DNA of 64,000 nt. Origin: Microbotryum violaceum (Eukaryota). Of this stretch, positions 24,401 through 36,199 are shown piece after piece (the stretch's first letter is position 1; every line of letters begins with the position of its first letter). The notes under the pieces are model-generated. The model saw only the letters and a program-made list of their open reading frames with translations. It ran no database searches and was not told the origin of the DNA. The stretch lies in NCBI GenBank assembly GCA_001244265.2, contig CDLV01000005.1:558001-622000 (forward strand), given 5' to 3'. The position numbers and the translations under genes were made by a program.

Positions 24401-25139
24401 AAGTGGTTGGTGCCTCTTCTGCGGCTTGAGCAAGCTTGACGAGCGAAGGAGAGCTAAACGCCGATCGCGGCAAAGCGGCCGATCCGCCCGAACGGTGATT
24501 CGGCGGCGATGGCACGCCGACGTAGTCGTCCGAAGACGAGTAGCCACCCTCACCGCGTCGCTTGAGGAAGACACGCTTTGCTTTGGGCGTGAGTCCGGTC
24601 TCGCGATGGTTGGCAGGCGTGAGATCGGCGTCGCTTGGAGATTGACGGCGGGGATCACGTCGGAGCTGGGTCGAGGACGATCGTGCGGGTATGTTCGAGG
24701 GTGTGACTTGGTCGAGCTTGGCCTTGAGTACATCGATGTTCCCTACCCCTGCCCTCCTTCCCTTCTGGTCGTTCGACGGAGTCCGTGGGTCCTTTTGCCG
24801 GTGCAACACGGAGGCAAACGCGTAGCCGCGATCCTTCAACGACGAGTTCGCGCTGCTCCACTTCTCCACCCAGTTCAACCCTTTCTCCCACATCAGCCTC
24901 AGCAGCAAGTTGTAGGTCTCATCGTCATTCTCCGGAAGACCTAATCTGGCGTAGGCTTGTTGCAGCGAGTTGAAGTCGTTTGCTTCGGGAGGAGAGACCG
25001 CCGCGACGACGCGTTCGAGGATCGCGTGTTGTTGACGCGTCACGACGGGAAACGGTCCCGTAAGAGACGAGGTCGAAGTCGTTTGTGACGAGCCGGCGAT
25101 GCTGCCACCATGGTCGTAGCCATTTTGCGAGGCCACCAT
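21459..25139 (-). CDS. SFI1: Sfi1-like centrin-binding spindle pole body protein (spliced)
   Basis: Regularly spaced F/L-x-x-W-R/K repeats (FSHWR, LDRWK, LGRWQ, WQQW, MAKWR, WNRW, FDHWR, FQIWQ) in a long helical region. Confidence 0.8.
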
Positions 25140-25581
25140 CGGCCGTCGCAGGAGGCCCTTGTTCTCCGCTCGGACAACTCGGCGATCGGTCGGATGAGTC
25201 GGAGAGGAGAGCTGAGACGTTCGGGCAAAGCCCACAAAATAGGACTAAATTATACAGATTCTCCTGGAACCTGACCAAATGGAGACAGGATCTTGCTGAG
25301 CCTACTTCGAAGATATCACCTGGAGAGAAAGCGAATGAGACCCTCATCTTGACGCTAGCTGCTCTTTCATCGCCATGGCTCCTATATATCCTCAATCGAT
25401 CTGCATCCACCCCAAAAGTGAAATCCTTTCCACCATTTGGGTCGGGAAGCGCAGCTGCCGCGGGTGGACTTCCAATTCCATACGACTTTGTTGCAGCACG
25501 ATCAGGTTTAACAAAATTACGCGGCTCTCTCCGAGCTATCTGCGTCGTTGACGTCGACACAATAATGGCAGCACGATGCCT

Positions 25582-25587
25582 AAAAAA

Positions 25588-25665
<78 letters not shown>

Positions 25666-25669
25666 AAAA
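25582..25669 (+). repeat. 88-nt poly(A) tract (57 uninterrupted A at 25590-25646)
   Basis: Directly visible. Confidence 0.95.
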
Positions 25670-27749
25670 GGTGGCGTGACGAGCAGGGTTGGATGAGTTA
25701 TCGCCGTGGATGGAACTCAGCCGGGACGCGCATGTCGACGGCATTGATTCCTGCAGGCTTGAACTAGGTAGCAGATATCGCTGATAGTCTGACGATTGCT
25801 TTGTGAAAGATAGGCTCTGCTGGCGACGAGCTCGGTGACGCCGCAACTTTTGGCGGGTTTGGGTTGTTGGGCACGACGCGTGTAAAACCTGCATTTTTGG
25901 CTTCGCTCGGACGGGTGAAAACGTCTGAAAAATGTATTATTTTTCCAGTTCCGTCCATGGGCTATCACGAGGCACCCCTGGTTAGCTAGGAGCGCTATTG
26001 GGTTAACCTGGGCGACGATTTTTGGGGCCCCTGACTTGTTCAAGATCCAAGATCCGATCCTTCAGAGCGCCTTCCGTGCGAATTCCGAGCCAACCTAGAG
26101 GGCTTCTTCGGCATTCCGCGTGCTAGGTCGGTCTGTTGTTACAGTCCATGGCAGATTTGTTAGCCCGACATGGCATGCGAATCTAGTAAGAGGGCGAACC
26201 CACAATTAGCAGACATTTCTTCGGAGCAGGCCATATCTTAGTTCGCAGCACTTCCGGCGTTCCATCAATTGTGGGTTCGGCAAGCTCCTCTGAAGGTTAT
26301 ACGGACCCAGCCAAAACGGTTGCGCGGCGCAACGAGTGACTCCAGGCCGTGCCACCCTATTTGAGGCTCTTGCGGGCTTAGTGGTGAGTCGCCGTCGATT
26401 CTGCAGCGGATACAGATCATAACACTCGCACCTCACCAGGCCTCACGCGCCTCACGGCCTCACGCCTGAGTTGGCAGTGCGAGCAGCCTCTTGGCGTGCA
26501 CCTCACTTTCGCGCCACGAAGATAAAGTATTACGGGGTGATCTTCTCACTCCAGGAAATACTCCCAGAGTGTCTTTATTCGCTTGATCACCTCGGCAAGA
26601 AGCTGAGGGGATTGTTTCATCGTCACGTCCTGACGGAAGCTTGTAATTAAAACACGCGGTGTCCGGCTGCGGCAGGCGCGTTGCCGCCCTTCGCCCAAGC
26701 GCCCAAGCTCTCCGCGCGCCCATTCCATTATCGTGCGCCCGCCTCCCTGGTATGAGGAGCGAGCAGCGCAGTGAGCAAACGAAGATGCCGAGTAGAAGAG
26801 GATAGGGAACGTTAAGGGAAAAGAGAGGGAGAGCCGCGCTAGTCGCTGCCTCGGGTAATCTAAGTCAGAATCTAAAGAGGTCCGAGCGCGCCCGAGTTCC
26901 CATCCCCCAATCTCCGTATGCTGGAGTTGAGAGCGCCCCTGCAATGTAGTGTACACGATGACACCTGGCAGGCTGTGTGGTTCAATAATGACACACCGAT
27001 GGCTTCCGGCGCCCGCGCGCTGTGCCGGTCGGCCACTCCAAGCTCGGCTTCGGCCATGACTGCATGACTGCTTAACTAATCCGAACTGCTCCAATTCGGA
27101 AGGTGCGGTCGCCGCCGCTGTCTGTCGCCACGCAGTTCATGTCGAACCGAGGAGTTGGGGCGCTTCTTAGTACCATCCCAGAGAGGCAAGTATGGGGTAC
27201 TGCTTAATTGACGACACGGCCCCAGGGACCTGTCACTGTGGGGACAGCTTTTTCAAACGCAAGGCCACCCTGCATTGTACCACCCCGCTGCCCAGGGCAA
27301 ATCGCTCGGAGTCGGAGCAACGAGAAGGTTGAAGCTTGTGAGCTCACTTTCATCCGACTCGGTAGTTCCGGCACCGTAGGAGCCTCGCCAGTCCCAAACA
27401 GTACAAGTTCTCCTTGAACTATGTCGAGGCAGTCGGGTAGAAGATCGTACCTTGAAAAGAAGAACTCCTCCATTCGGTATCCCCTTCGAAAATGTAGCGT
27501 TAGTAGCTCTTTTACTGGGCTAAGTTGCAAGTTTCCCGGCACACAATATGATCCTGGCCAGCTCCGACGGCGGGTATTTCACACACTTCACAAGTCCCGA
27601 GCCTCTCTGCTTCCTCTTTCATCCTCAAATTCACTTCACTTTTCTTTTCTTTTCTGTTATTGTGCTTCAGCACCTCCAGCCTCCCACAGGCATTACCACC
27701 AACGCTCGCTAAAACTCACCCCGCACACCGCCAAGACGCTTCGCCTACG

Positions 27750-29459
27750 ATGCGCTCCGCAAACTTACTTTTGACCACTTATACGTTTTTCGGTGCGACG
27801 GCAACATTCGCCAACGCCCACGCCGACCCTGGCCTACTTGGAAAGCTTCTGGGTGGACTCGGCCTCACCCCTCAGTCCCAAGGCCTTCGTACCGACTTGC
27901 AAAAGGGGATCGGGTAATTTCAGCCTTTGCTTTCGGCGAAGGCTTTTGCCACCGTGTCGGGGACGCTGAGCACGCTTCTTTCGACCCTCCCCGGCGGCAA
28001 CGCAATTGCATCGCCCATAATCTCGGCTCTTGCCGCAGCCCAATTGGTATGTGAAGATCAATTCAAATAAGTCCGCTTTCGAGACTGAATCCGAGGTCGC
28101 TGTCGATAATATCCTAGGCTTCAAGCCAGTCCGACGCCGCTGCCTTGGATGCCGCACAAAAGGTAAGACATCGCTTGCTCTCGAGAAGCTCCCCAGCACT
28201 GACATACGTTAAAGTAATTCAATAGTGCCTCAACGATATCGTCTCCAAGAAAGGCATCCCGTCGGGATACCTCTGCTTTGACTCCGTGAGTCGGCAGTGG
28301 TCCCTCTCAGCCTCGAGTGGTAGTGCTCGGCTAACTCCTTCCCTTGCTCGCCGTCCCCTCCAGGCCAAGAACACCCTCGCCACCTATCGAACGGCGTTCA
28401 ACACCTACTTAGAGCAGTTCGTCGGCATTGTTCCTCCCAACGTCGTCACTGCAATTCAAAATCGTGAGTTCCTGGGCCGCTACGAACGTTTTCATGTCAT
28501 GATCCTATCTCAACTCTTTTCGCATCTGCAGAGGAGAAGACGATCTTCGACAACCTTGGGCTCATACCCCCCGCAAACGATCTCAACGATCACATCAACA
28601 ATGCGATCGCCTCGGTCGTAGCCAGCACCTCGGGCGAGACCGTGACCGCAATCGAGCGCTTCGAGGACTGCTTCGCGCAGGCGACGAAGGATAAGAATCT
28701 GCAGACGACGAGGCGCTGTTTGACGGGTCCTCAGTCGGGTGTCTCATCTCTCTTCGCCCTTCTTTCCGGAGTGTGAGTATTTCCAAGCTCTCTCCCCGTC
28801 GACCGGAATTCTGACCCCGATTTCTTGGTTTCGACAGTACGCAGCAATTCGTGGGCTACCTTCCCCCGAACGTCGTCAACGACCTCATCAACAGTAAGTC
28901 GCGCCTTTGCAAAGATTAGTCAGTCGCCGGTGCTTTGTGCTGACCAACAGGAACTCTCGCAGTCAACAATTATTACCTCTCGCAAGCCGGTGTCACAGCT
29001 GGTCTGCCGCTCCAACGAAGCGTGCAAGCAGCGATCAAGTCCATCGCCGCTTCGACCTCGGGTAACTCCGCAACGCTCCTCATGCAAGCGTCCAACTGTC
29101 TCTCGGATCTAATCATGTCCCCCGATCCGTCCAACTTGAAAGACTGTATCGCCAAACAAGGTGGGCCCATTTTCACCTTTCAAGTCTTGGTCAATTCCAT
29201 CATCCAACAAGCATTCGGGTACCTCCCGCCAACACTCGTGATCCAACTCGAACAAGAACTGGCCCCTGCCATCGCGAAGGCGGACGAGAACCCCGAAGGA
29301 GTCGATCAAGTCTTTGAGGCTTTGTTCAAGACCGCTTCGTTGGGCCCCAAGTTTGTCACTTGTGTTCAAGCATTGGAGGATTGCATCAACAACGCCGTGC
29401 TCGGTACTAGCAACACGTGCGACCTTTCGGGCAAATGCGCCCCATTCCCCTCGCCTTGA
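27750..29459 (+). pseudogene. Secreted ~430-aa four-repeat Cys-containing protein gene with a single in-frame TAA at codon 56
   Basis: Signal peptide MRSANLLLTTYTFFGATATFANA; 7 exons with canonical sites stay in frame; repeat core QF(V/A)G(Y/I)(L/V)PP with paired Cys; TAA at 27915-27917. Confidence 0.65.
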
Positions 29460-29658
29460 GCTCCCATCTTCTCAGCGCGCCAACTTCTGAGCGCGCCAAC
29501 TTTGATTGAAACCAGATCTGTGCATAGCTTATACCATCATACCCTTTGAAATGTAGTCTTATCTCGAAATTTATGATTCTCTCCAAGACTGACCCAGGCA
29601 CCATCGCCGTAAAGGGGCCCGGACCGCTATAATGACGACTTATTCTATTCGAGGTCTG

Positions 29659-32179
29659 CTACCTCTTGGCAATCTTAGCGCCCTCCTCAACCTTAGCCTG
29701 CTCTTTATCCACTGCCAGTATATTGGCCCATTCCACCATCAAGCGATAGACATAACACTCCATATCCTCCTTCCTCACATGTCGAGTCCTCCATTGGCTC
29801 CCCTGCATCGCGATCTCCTTCAACGCGGCATCGCCTTCGAAAGGCACTCCACTTGACAAGGGAGAGATGTCAGGGTTGGAGGAGGGTTTGGTGAGGTGTG
29901 TCATGGGTCGAGGGACCAAGGTGTCGTTTTCGAGTTTGGTCATTAAGAGGGGTTCCGGTATCCCGGAAAAGAAGGATTGAATGTTATACAACTCCGAGTA
30001 GGATGAAGAAAGAGGGATATAGTGGTACCTGGTGTCCGCAAGGGATTCATCGTCAGCGACAAGGAGACTAGATTTGCACGGACAGAAGACTGACCAAGGT
30101 TGGATCCACCCTCGCCAAAATTCTCGCTGAATCGAACTCTTGACCACTGCGGACTTGGACTCCATCAACGCCAAGAATTTGGGCGAGAAACCGATCTCAT
30201 CCAGATCAAGGACGTATTTGTGGTTCCACGTCTGACTGAGCGGGGCGGGGGCTTCGACTCGGTAGCCCAACTCGCGGAGGGCGGCGCATTCGCCCAAGGT
30301 GGGGTCGCAGGCCATGGCGATGTCAGTCATCTGCTTGTTCGATTCGGCGACGGTCGCTCGGATCGATGAAAGTGCACCATTCGTCGCGTTGAATTGGACC
30401 AGGACCGTTTCTTGCCCCAACGAGATGGGTTGATACGCGAGTTTGACGAGACGCTGTTTTTGGAACGAGGCGCTATGACCAGGTGGCGTATCAGCCCCTT
30501 TGGTCACTTTGCCCCTCCAATACGCAGTTGGCGTTTTTTTATCCCAATCCAAATCGGTCGGCACCTTGGTTCGACCTCGCTTGAGCTCCCATTCGTACGT
30601 AAACTCGCTCGACGGTTGCCAGTAATGATGCGAAGGGATCAAGATGTCGGCGTATCCCGAAGGCTTGGACGCAGAGAAGACAGGGAAGAGCTGCTCGATT
30701 GAACGCTGGTCCGAGTAGAAAGCCGAATGCAAGGTGTGCATCGAAGGCATCGAACAGATTTCCGCTTGGGCATCAACATCGGCTGCGAAGGATAACTCCC
30801 GTCCGGCAGGGATCGCCTCGCCGCCACCTCGTCGACGGGAGACCGTCACTTCGCCGGCGCTGGGTCGTCCTTGGATCTGCAAGCCTGATTCAGCGGATCG
30901 AAGGGACTCGAACGAGCGACGAGAAGCCGATCCGTCGGGGCACGATTCTCGGTACGCATCCCATGTGGATCCGTCCCGCTTCCATTCGTTGGTAAAATTC
31001 TTCAGACTCGGCTTTAACGATGGATCCAGAGTCCCTGTTGGTTCAAGAAGAAAACATCAGCTTCATTACTCACACGTTACCTGTTGTGGTCTTGAGCACT
31101 ATCAACGTACCGCCCAAAGCTAGCTGTTCTTCGAGACCGAAATCTGCCCAAGAGATTTCCTTCCGTCGCCGAGGCAGCACCCTGCCCTCAGGCTTCTCAT
31201 TGATTGCAATATCCATATCAGGCAATTCCTTGACATAGGGACTGAGCATCTGCTGGAACGCCGACGCCGGTGCCCACTTGCCACTCTTGGAGTGCACCTG
31301 AGCGACACCATTTCGGATCGAGACGATACTGATCCCTGGGACGGAAGCGAGTTCGGCGGTACGACGACGCAACTCTTGCGGTGTCAGAGAGCGGAAGGAT
31401 AGGAGATCTTGCATCAAAGTGTCATACTCGTTGACGAGTGAATGGTTACGCCCTTGAGTGGCGAAGGCGAACCACTTGTCCATCCCTGGTGGGACCGGTC
31501 GGTTATAGCGAGCGATGTAGGTTTTCGAGAACTCGTCAAACGTCGTCGACTGTGCACCCAGTTTTTTGGACCATGCGAGTCGTGACGATTTTATAAGAGT
31601 AAGAATTGGATGTAGTCTGACGGCCGCGGTCGGGGAAGTCTTTAACAATCGTGTGAGGAGGCTTGGCACGAGGGGCTTGAGTTTGGCGGCGACTCTTTTC
31701 GTCGGCTCCGAAACTCGGGTGCCCATCGCGGAGAGTAAGAGGAAGAAGGCAATCATGCCCAATAAGACTATGACGATTAGCACAAGAGTTGAAGGTCCTG
31801 CGGCATCCCGATCGGGTGAAGTCACCATCCTGGGCGGACTGCGCCTCTTCTTCGGCGATACCGAAGTCGACAAGAGCAGGTCCTCATCCGGCCTCAAGGA
31901 TCGGTTACTGTCGGACCGTGGAAGACCGTAGCCACCGTATTTGTCGGTGAATTCGGGGAGGGGACTCGATGTTCGGGATGAGAGTGGACGAGGTGAGGGT
32001 GGCGGCGAGCCGATCGGGGTCGTCGTTAAAGGGAGCACGAGGGTCGAGTGATCGGGCCTCAGGTGTCGCGCTGGGCTTGAAGGGCTCGAGGGGAGGTTGA
32101 ACCCCGGGGAGAAACCGGGAGAGCGTGGCGAGATGTTAAATTCCCTTCGGGGAGGGGTCGAAGGTGGTGGTGCAGACAT
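29659..32179 (-). CDS. Glycosyltransferase family 90 (Cap10/Cxt1-like xylosyltransferase), type II membrane protein
   Basis: TM helix, YIARYNRPVPPGMDKWFAFA, LPDMDIAINEKPEGRV, WDKKTPTAYWRG, HKYVLDLD, HYIPLS and EDMECYVYRLMVEW. Confidence 0.9.
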
Positions 32180-32844
32180 CTTGGCCTCGAGATCAACGTG
32201 TAGAGATCGGTGGACGACCTCAGCTCTCGGCAGCGTCGGAGAGGCTGACTCACAGCTTGCAGCGAATGGGCTCCCGAATCACTATTGGTGATAACGGCGA
32301 ACCTTTTACAGTGCTGTGCCCCTGCGCACTCCGAGTGAGGTAGCTGCGAGAGGGAGGCAGATGAGAGCGCGAAGGCAAACCCAAGTCTAGACTCACCGAG
32401 CGCGCCGAAGCGGCCGGTCTCGCTTTCACGGATTTTTTCGGAGTCCGCTCAAGCTCTCTCGGAGTCCAGCGATGCCTAATCGCGCTTGGCGACACCTTGG
32501 CATCTTTGTAGTCTCTCCAAAAATATGAGTGTATTAAAAAGCACAATGGAAGCTCAGTTCTGTTGTGAATCGGAGTCTCGGCCCTGAAGGAAATCCACCG
32601 TCGCCGGGCCCAGTCGCGATTCCGACCCGAGGCGTTTTCCCCGACTCGAGGTGCCCGTCGCCGAACCCCACTTTGACCTTCCCCTTCGCACCCACTGCGC
32701 TGCTGCATTTTTGGACCTGTTCGCTAGGCCAGCAGCTGGATCTGGATTAATCAAAACACCTTCGCACTCCTCGCAATTATCTAGACCTCACCCGACTAAG
32801 AGCTCAGGCCTGTTGAGTGACGTATCACGTTCCCGGCGAGTTCG

Positions 32845-34506
32845 ATGCCTCTTCGACTCCGCCTTCGAGCCCTACAGCCGTCATGTTGGCCCCACACCTG
32901 GACAGTATCACCGCCACCCACGATCGGGCTTAGAGTCCGAGCACGCAGTTACGAGCATTCCTCCCTACACGCCCCGGGGACACTTCATGCTCAATCGGGT
33001 GCCCCAACCTCCCTTGCTCCGACTGCGAGTCCATACTCTCGACATGAGTTCATGGCATGTTGGCACAAGGCTTCGAGGGAGGTTTCACCTGCTGATCTAA
33101 GGTACGAAGGAAGGGATGAGATTGATGCAAAGTGTAAGTGATCTTCAGTGACTTTTGAATTTTGGAAGGAAGGAATGGCTTTTGGCGATGACGACATGGA
33201 CGCTTGGCTCGGCCCTGCAGATGTCATCATCACCCAAGACCTCAAGGTTGAAAAGCCTACACACAAGCTTCGGAAGAACGACATCATATCTCGTTATGGA
33301 CTGTGCGTCTTTTGTCACACACCGGGATATTGCTTGGCTTGGGGAGCTGAAGTGAAATTTTCATGGACACGTGCGAACAAGTCTTCCACGCGATCTCAAG
33401 GCTCTCGATTCCCATATCCTGGACGTTCAGCCCTCACTAGTAGTTGGACGGAGAAGCATCGTTTTATGTACACCTATAGCTAGGGCCGTCATCACCCACG
33501 ACAGGATGGTCGTAGTCACCGCGGATCGGACAAACCCGACTTGCTCGAACGAAGGAATGGCAGAGGTGCGTCGCAGACAAGAAATTACTTCAATAATTTA
33601 ACCTGTTTGTTCGTGTTTCTTTCTCCCAAAGATAATTTCCACGATCGTGGAGGTGATGCGTTATTTGGAAATGGAGGCAACCGCAAATCTTGACGGGAAT
33701 GACCCGCGATCACCTCGGGACTCACCCTTTGAACTTCGGTGAGCTGTCGAACGACATAGCGACTCTCATCCGACTTAAACCAAGTACTTTATATTGAACG
33801 TAATCCACCCCACAGAGCTCTCGAGGCGATCCTCTTGATGACCGAACGAGGGTTCAAAAGTATCTCGTCCGAGCTCCACGCACGCGTCTACTCGACGATC
33901 CCCCAACTACGCTTCAGCGTCGACGCATTACAACTCCACGACCTCTTGGAAGCCAAGCGGATGTGTGAAGATACTCTCTTCGCCGGCCGAGCATTACAAT
34001 CGGCGCTCTCGACCGTTTTGTCCGAGGATGAGGATTTGGCGGCCATGTACATCACCGAAAAGATCGAAGGTCATACCCGGGCGACCGAGGATCATCAAAG
34101 CGCTGAGCTATTGTTGGAATACTACGAACGACGACTGGACGAGACGAACGAAGCTGCCTCGCGGTTGTCCAAGATGCTCGTCGATATCGATTCCGGTATT
34201 GCGCTATCCCTCGCCTCTTCACGTCTGAGAATGGGCGAATTGGACGTGCAAACCGCGATTTTCATGTCCGCCCTAACAGCAGGAGCCGTAGTGGCCGGTT
34301 TATTCGGGATGAATCTTGAGAACGGGTGGGAACAGGATCCAGTGATGTTTAGGACGGTGACGGCGAGCATTTGCGCGATCATGTCGGTCATCTTTGCGTT
34401 GGGGTGGACGAGGTTCAATAGAGCGAGAAAGTCGCAGTTGATGTTGAGGCACAGGACAAATGGGCTGTATAGCATAGCGGGAATCAAGTGGGGCGAACCT
34501 CGATGA
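32845..34506 (+). CDS. MRS2: Mitochondrial CorA/Mrs2-family Mg2+ transporter (spliced)
   Basis: Arg-rich presequence, YGLLPRDLKALD, PFELRALEAIL, EDEDLAAMYIT, ELLLEYY, GLFGMN motif and two C-terminal TM helices. Confidence 0.9.
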
Positions 34507-34855
34507 TAGGTAGGGATACATCGCAGGTCATGGGGAAGTCGTAGCACAGTGGGCGTTTTGGTGTGGAGGGTGTTTTCGGCGCAGATTTTGAAGGCCCGGG
34601 GTGATCAAGTAGACGCCTGCTGCATTGATATTCGCCATGAAATAGATGAGCAGGATTTCTGAATGTTATAGACTCACTTGTCTTGTGTGGTATTGATTTG
34701 GTGATAGCGACCAATTCTTCACATGAAAATTGAGTAGAAGCCCGGTCTGCCCGTTCACGACAGATCAGTCGGTCCAAATCACCGCCGCCGCCGCCCGCGC
34801 GTATGTTTCGCACCGCCCACCTCGACACCTCGATTAACGACCACTCAAGTCAACC

Positions 34856-35411
34856 ATGAACGCCGGTCAACAAGGTGCTCCCCAAGGCGGACCAGGCTAC
34901 AGGCCTTACGCGCAAGGTGGCCCCGTAGCAGTCGAATATCTCTGTGCAGGTTGAGTCATCTCCCTCTATGACCTTCTACAGCAGACGCGAAGCGGGGCGA
35001 GGGATGAAGCTGACTGGGCTAGTGCGCTCGACACGATGGGAACAGATTGCGCTTCGACGAACGAGATCAAGGCGAGGGAGCCTATTCGGTGTCGCGAGTG
35101 TGGCTGTAGGATGATGTACAAGAAGAGGATCAAGCGAAGTGAGTACCGAGTGATTGGGCGCGGTTGCGAAAGGTCTCCCTGAGGGCGCTTGGGGTGGTGC
35201 AGGATGGGCGTGAGAGGTGTGCGACTGCGATAGGACTGCACTGACGATGTCGCTTCTTCCTTGCATCTTCGTAACGTGAATCGTCTCTACCACGTATCGG
35301 CTCGATTATCAGTGGTAAGTCGCCTGCGTGTGAACCGTCGGCATCAAGAGTCGAGCAGCTGACCATCCGACCATACCATCCACACTACAGGTGCAATTCG
35401 AGGCACGGTGA
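34856..35411 (+). CDS. RPC10: RNA polymerase I/II/III shared subunit RPABC4 (Rpb12)
   Basis: [43 protein letters not shown], four exons including a 2-nt exon. Confidence 0.95.
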
Positions 35412-36199
35412 ACGGTCGAACCACACTACTACGCTCCGCACCAGCATCAGATGGAACAGCCTCGTCACGCGTCAATTCGGAGACTCGAGCGAAAGCAGAG
35501 AGACGACCGTTGAGGCTGCAACAGGCGTAGGACATGGATTTTTCGACGATTGTTTGTAACATTTCCTTTTATTTGTACCCTTCTACGATGCAACATGACC
35601 TGCGGTACACCACCTCACGAGAAGCTTGGCTCCTGATCGGGATGAGTTTGACGACGAAGCGCCAGCGGATGTGAGGGCCCCCTCAAACATTGGCGATGCA
35701 GAACCCCAATTTTTTGCAAGATAGGACGGATCCAAGTGCCTTTCCACGTTAATGTCGGCTAACGATCTAGTCAGCCTTGCCCCTGGACGGCACGCTTGTC
35801 TCAATTGGGAATTTGGGAAGCAAGCTCCTCGCGAACCCACAGTGATGCCAGTTTGAGAGAACCGGAAATAAACCCCGGTCCTTGTCAGGGACTAGTGGGA
35901 GTGATGTTGCGGTTTATGATTGGATCAAAGTGTGACGAGTTGGATGATGTGATTCTGAGCATGTTCCGCATCGGGATCGGGCGCGGGTTGTGTGGTCGGT
36001 CATATTCGGGCGCCAGCCACGTTGACGGCAGTGAGGTAAGTGAGGCCGCAGGCTCTCTCTCACGCTTGTGTGAGAACCCCGAACTCGAGCCAACGCTCTG
36101 TCGCCGGACTCTCATCGTGTTTCTTTGTTTCGCTACACCCTTCGATCGATACTATTCTCTTCTCTGAACGTAGAGTAAACCGCGTAAGGACATTTTGTG

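Noticed and set aside
25576-25894. Poly-Lys and poly-Phe ORFs
   Set aside because: Translation artefacts of the poly(A) tract
26050-27545. Short ORFs in the intergenic stretch before the secreted gene
   Set aside because: No recognisable motifs, transposase/RT similarity or coherent splice model; only a small GCCTCAC triplication at ~26440-26465
28213-28225. Apparent second in-frame TAG (possible A-to-I editing site) in the secreted repeat gene
   Set aside because: With exon 2 in the correct frame (ASSQSDAAALDAAQK), this TAG is the splice acceptor and the frame is intact
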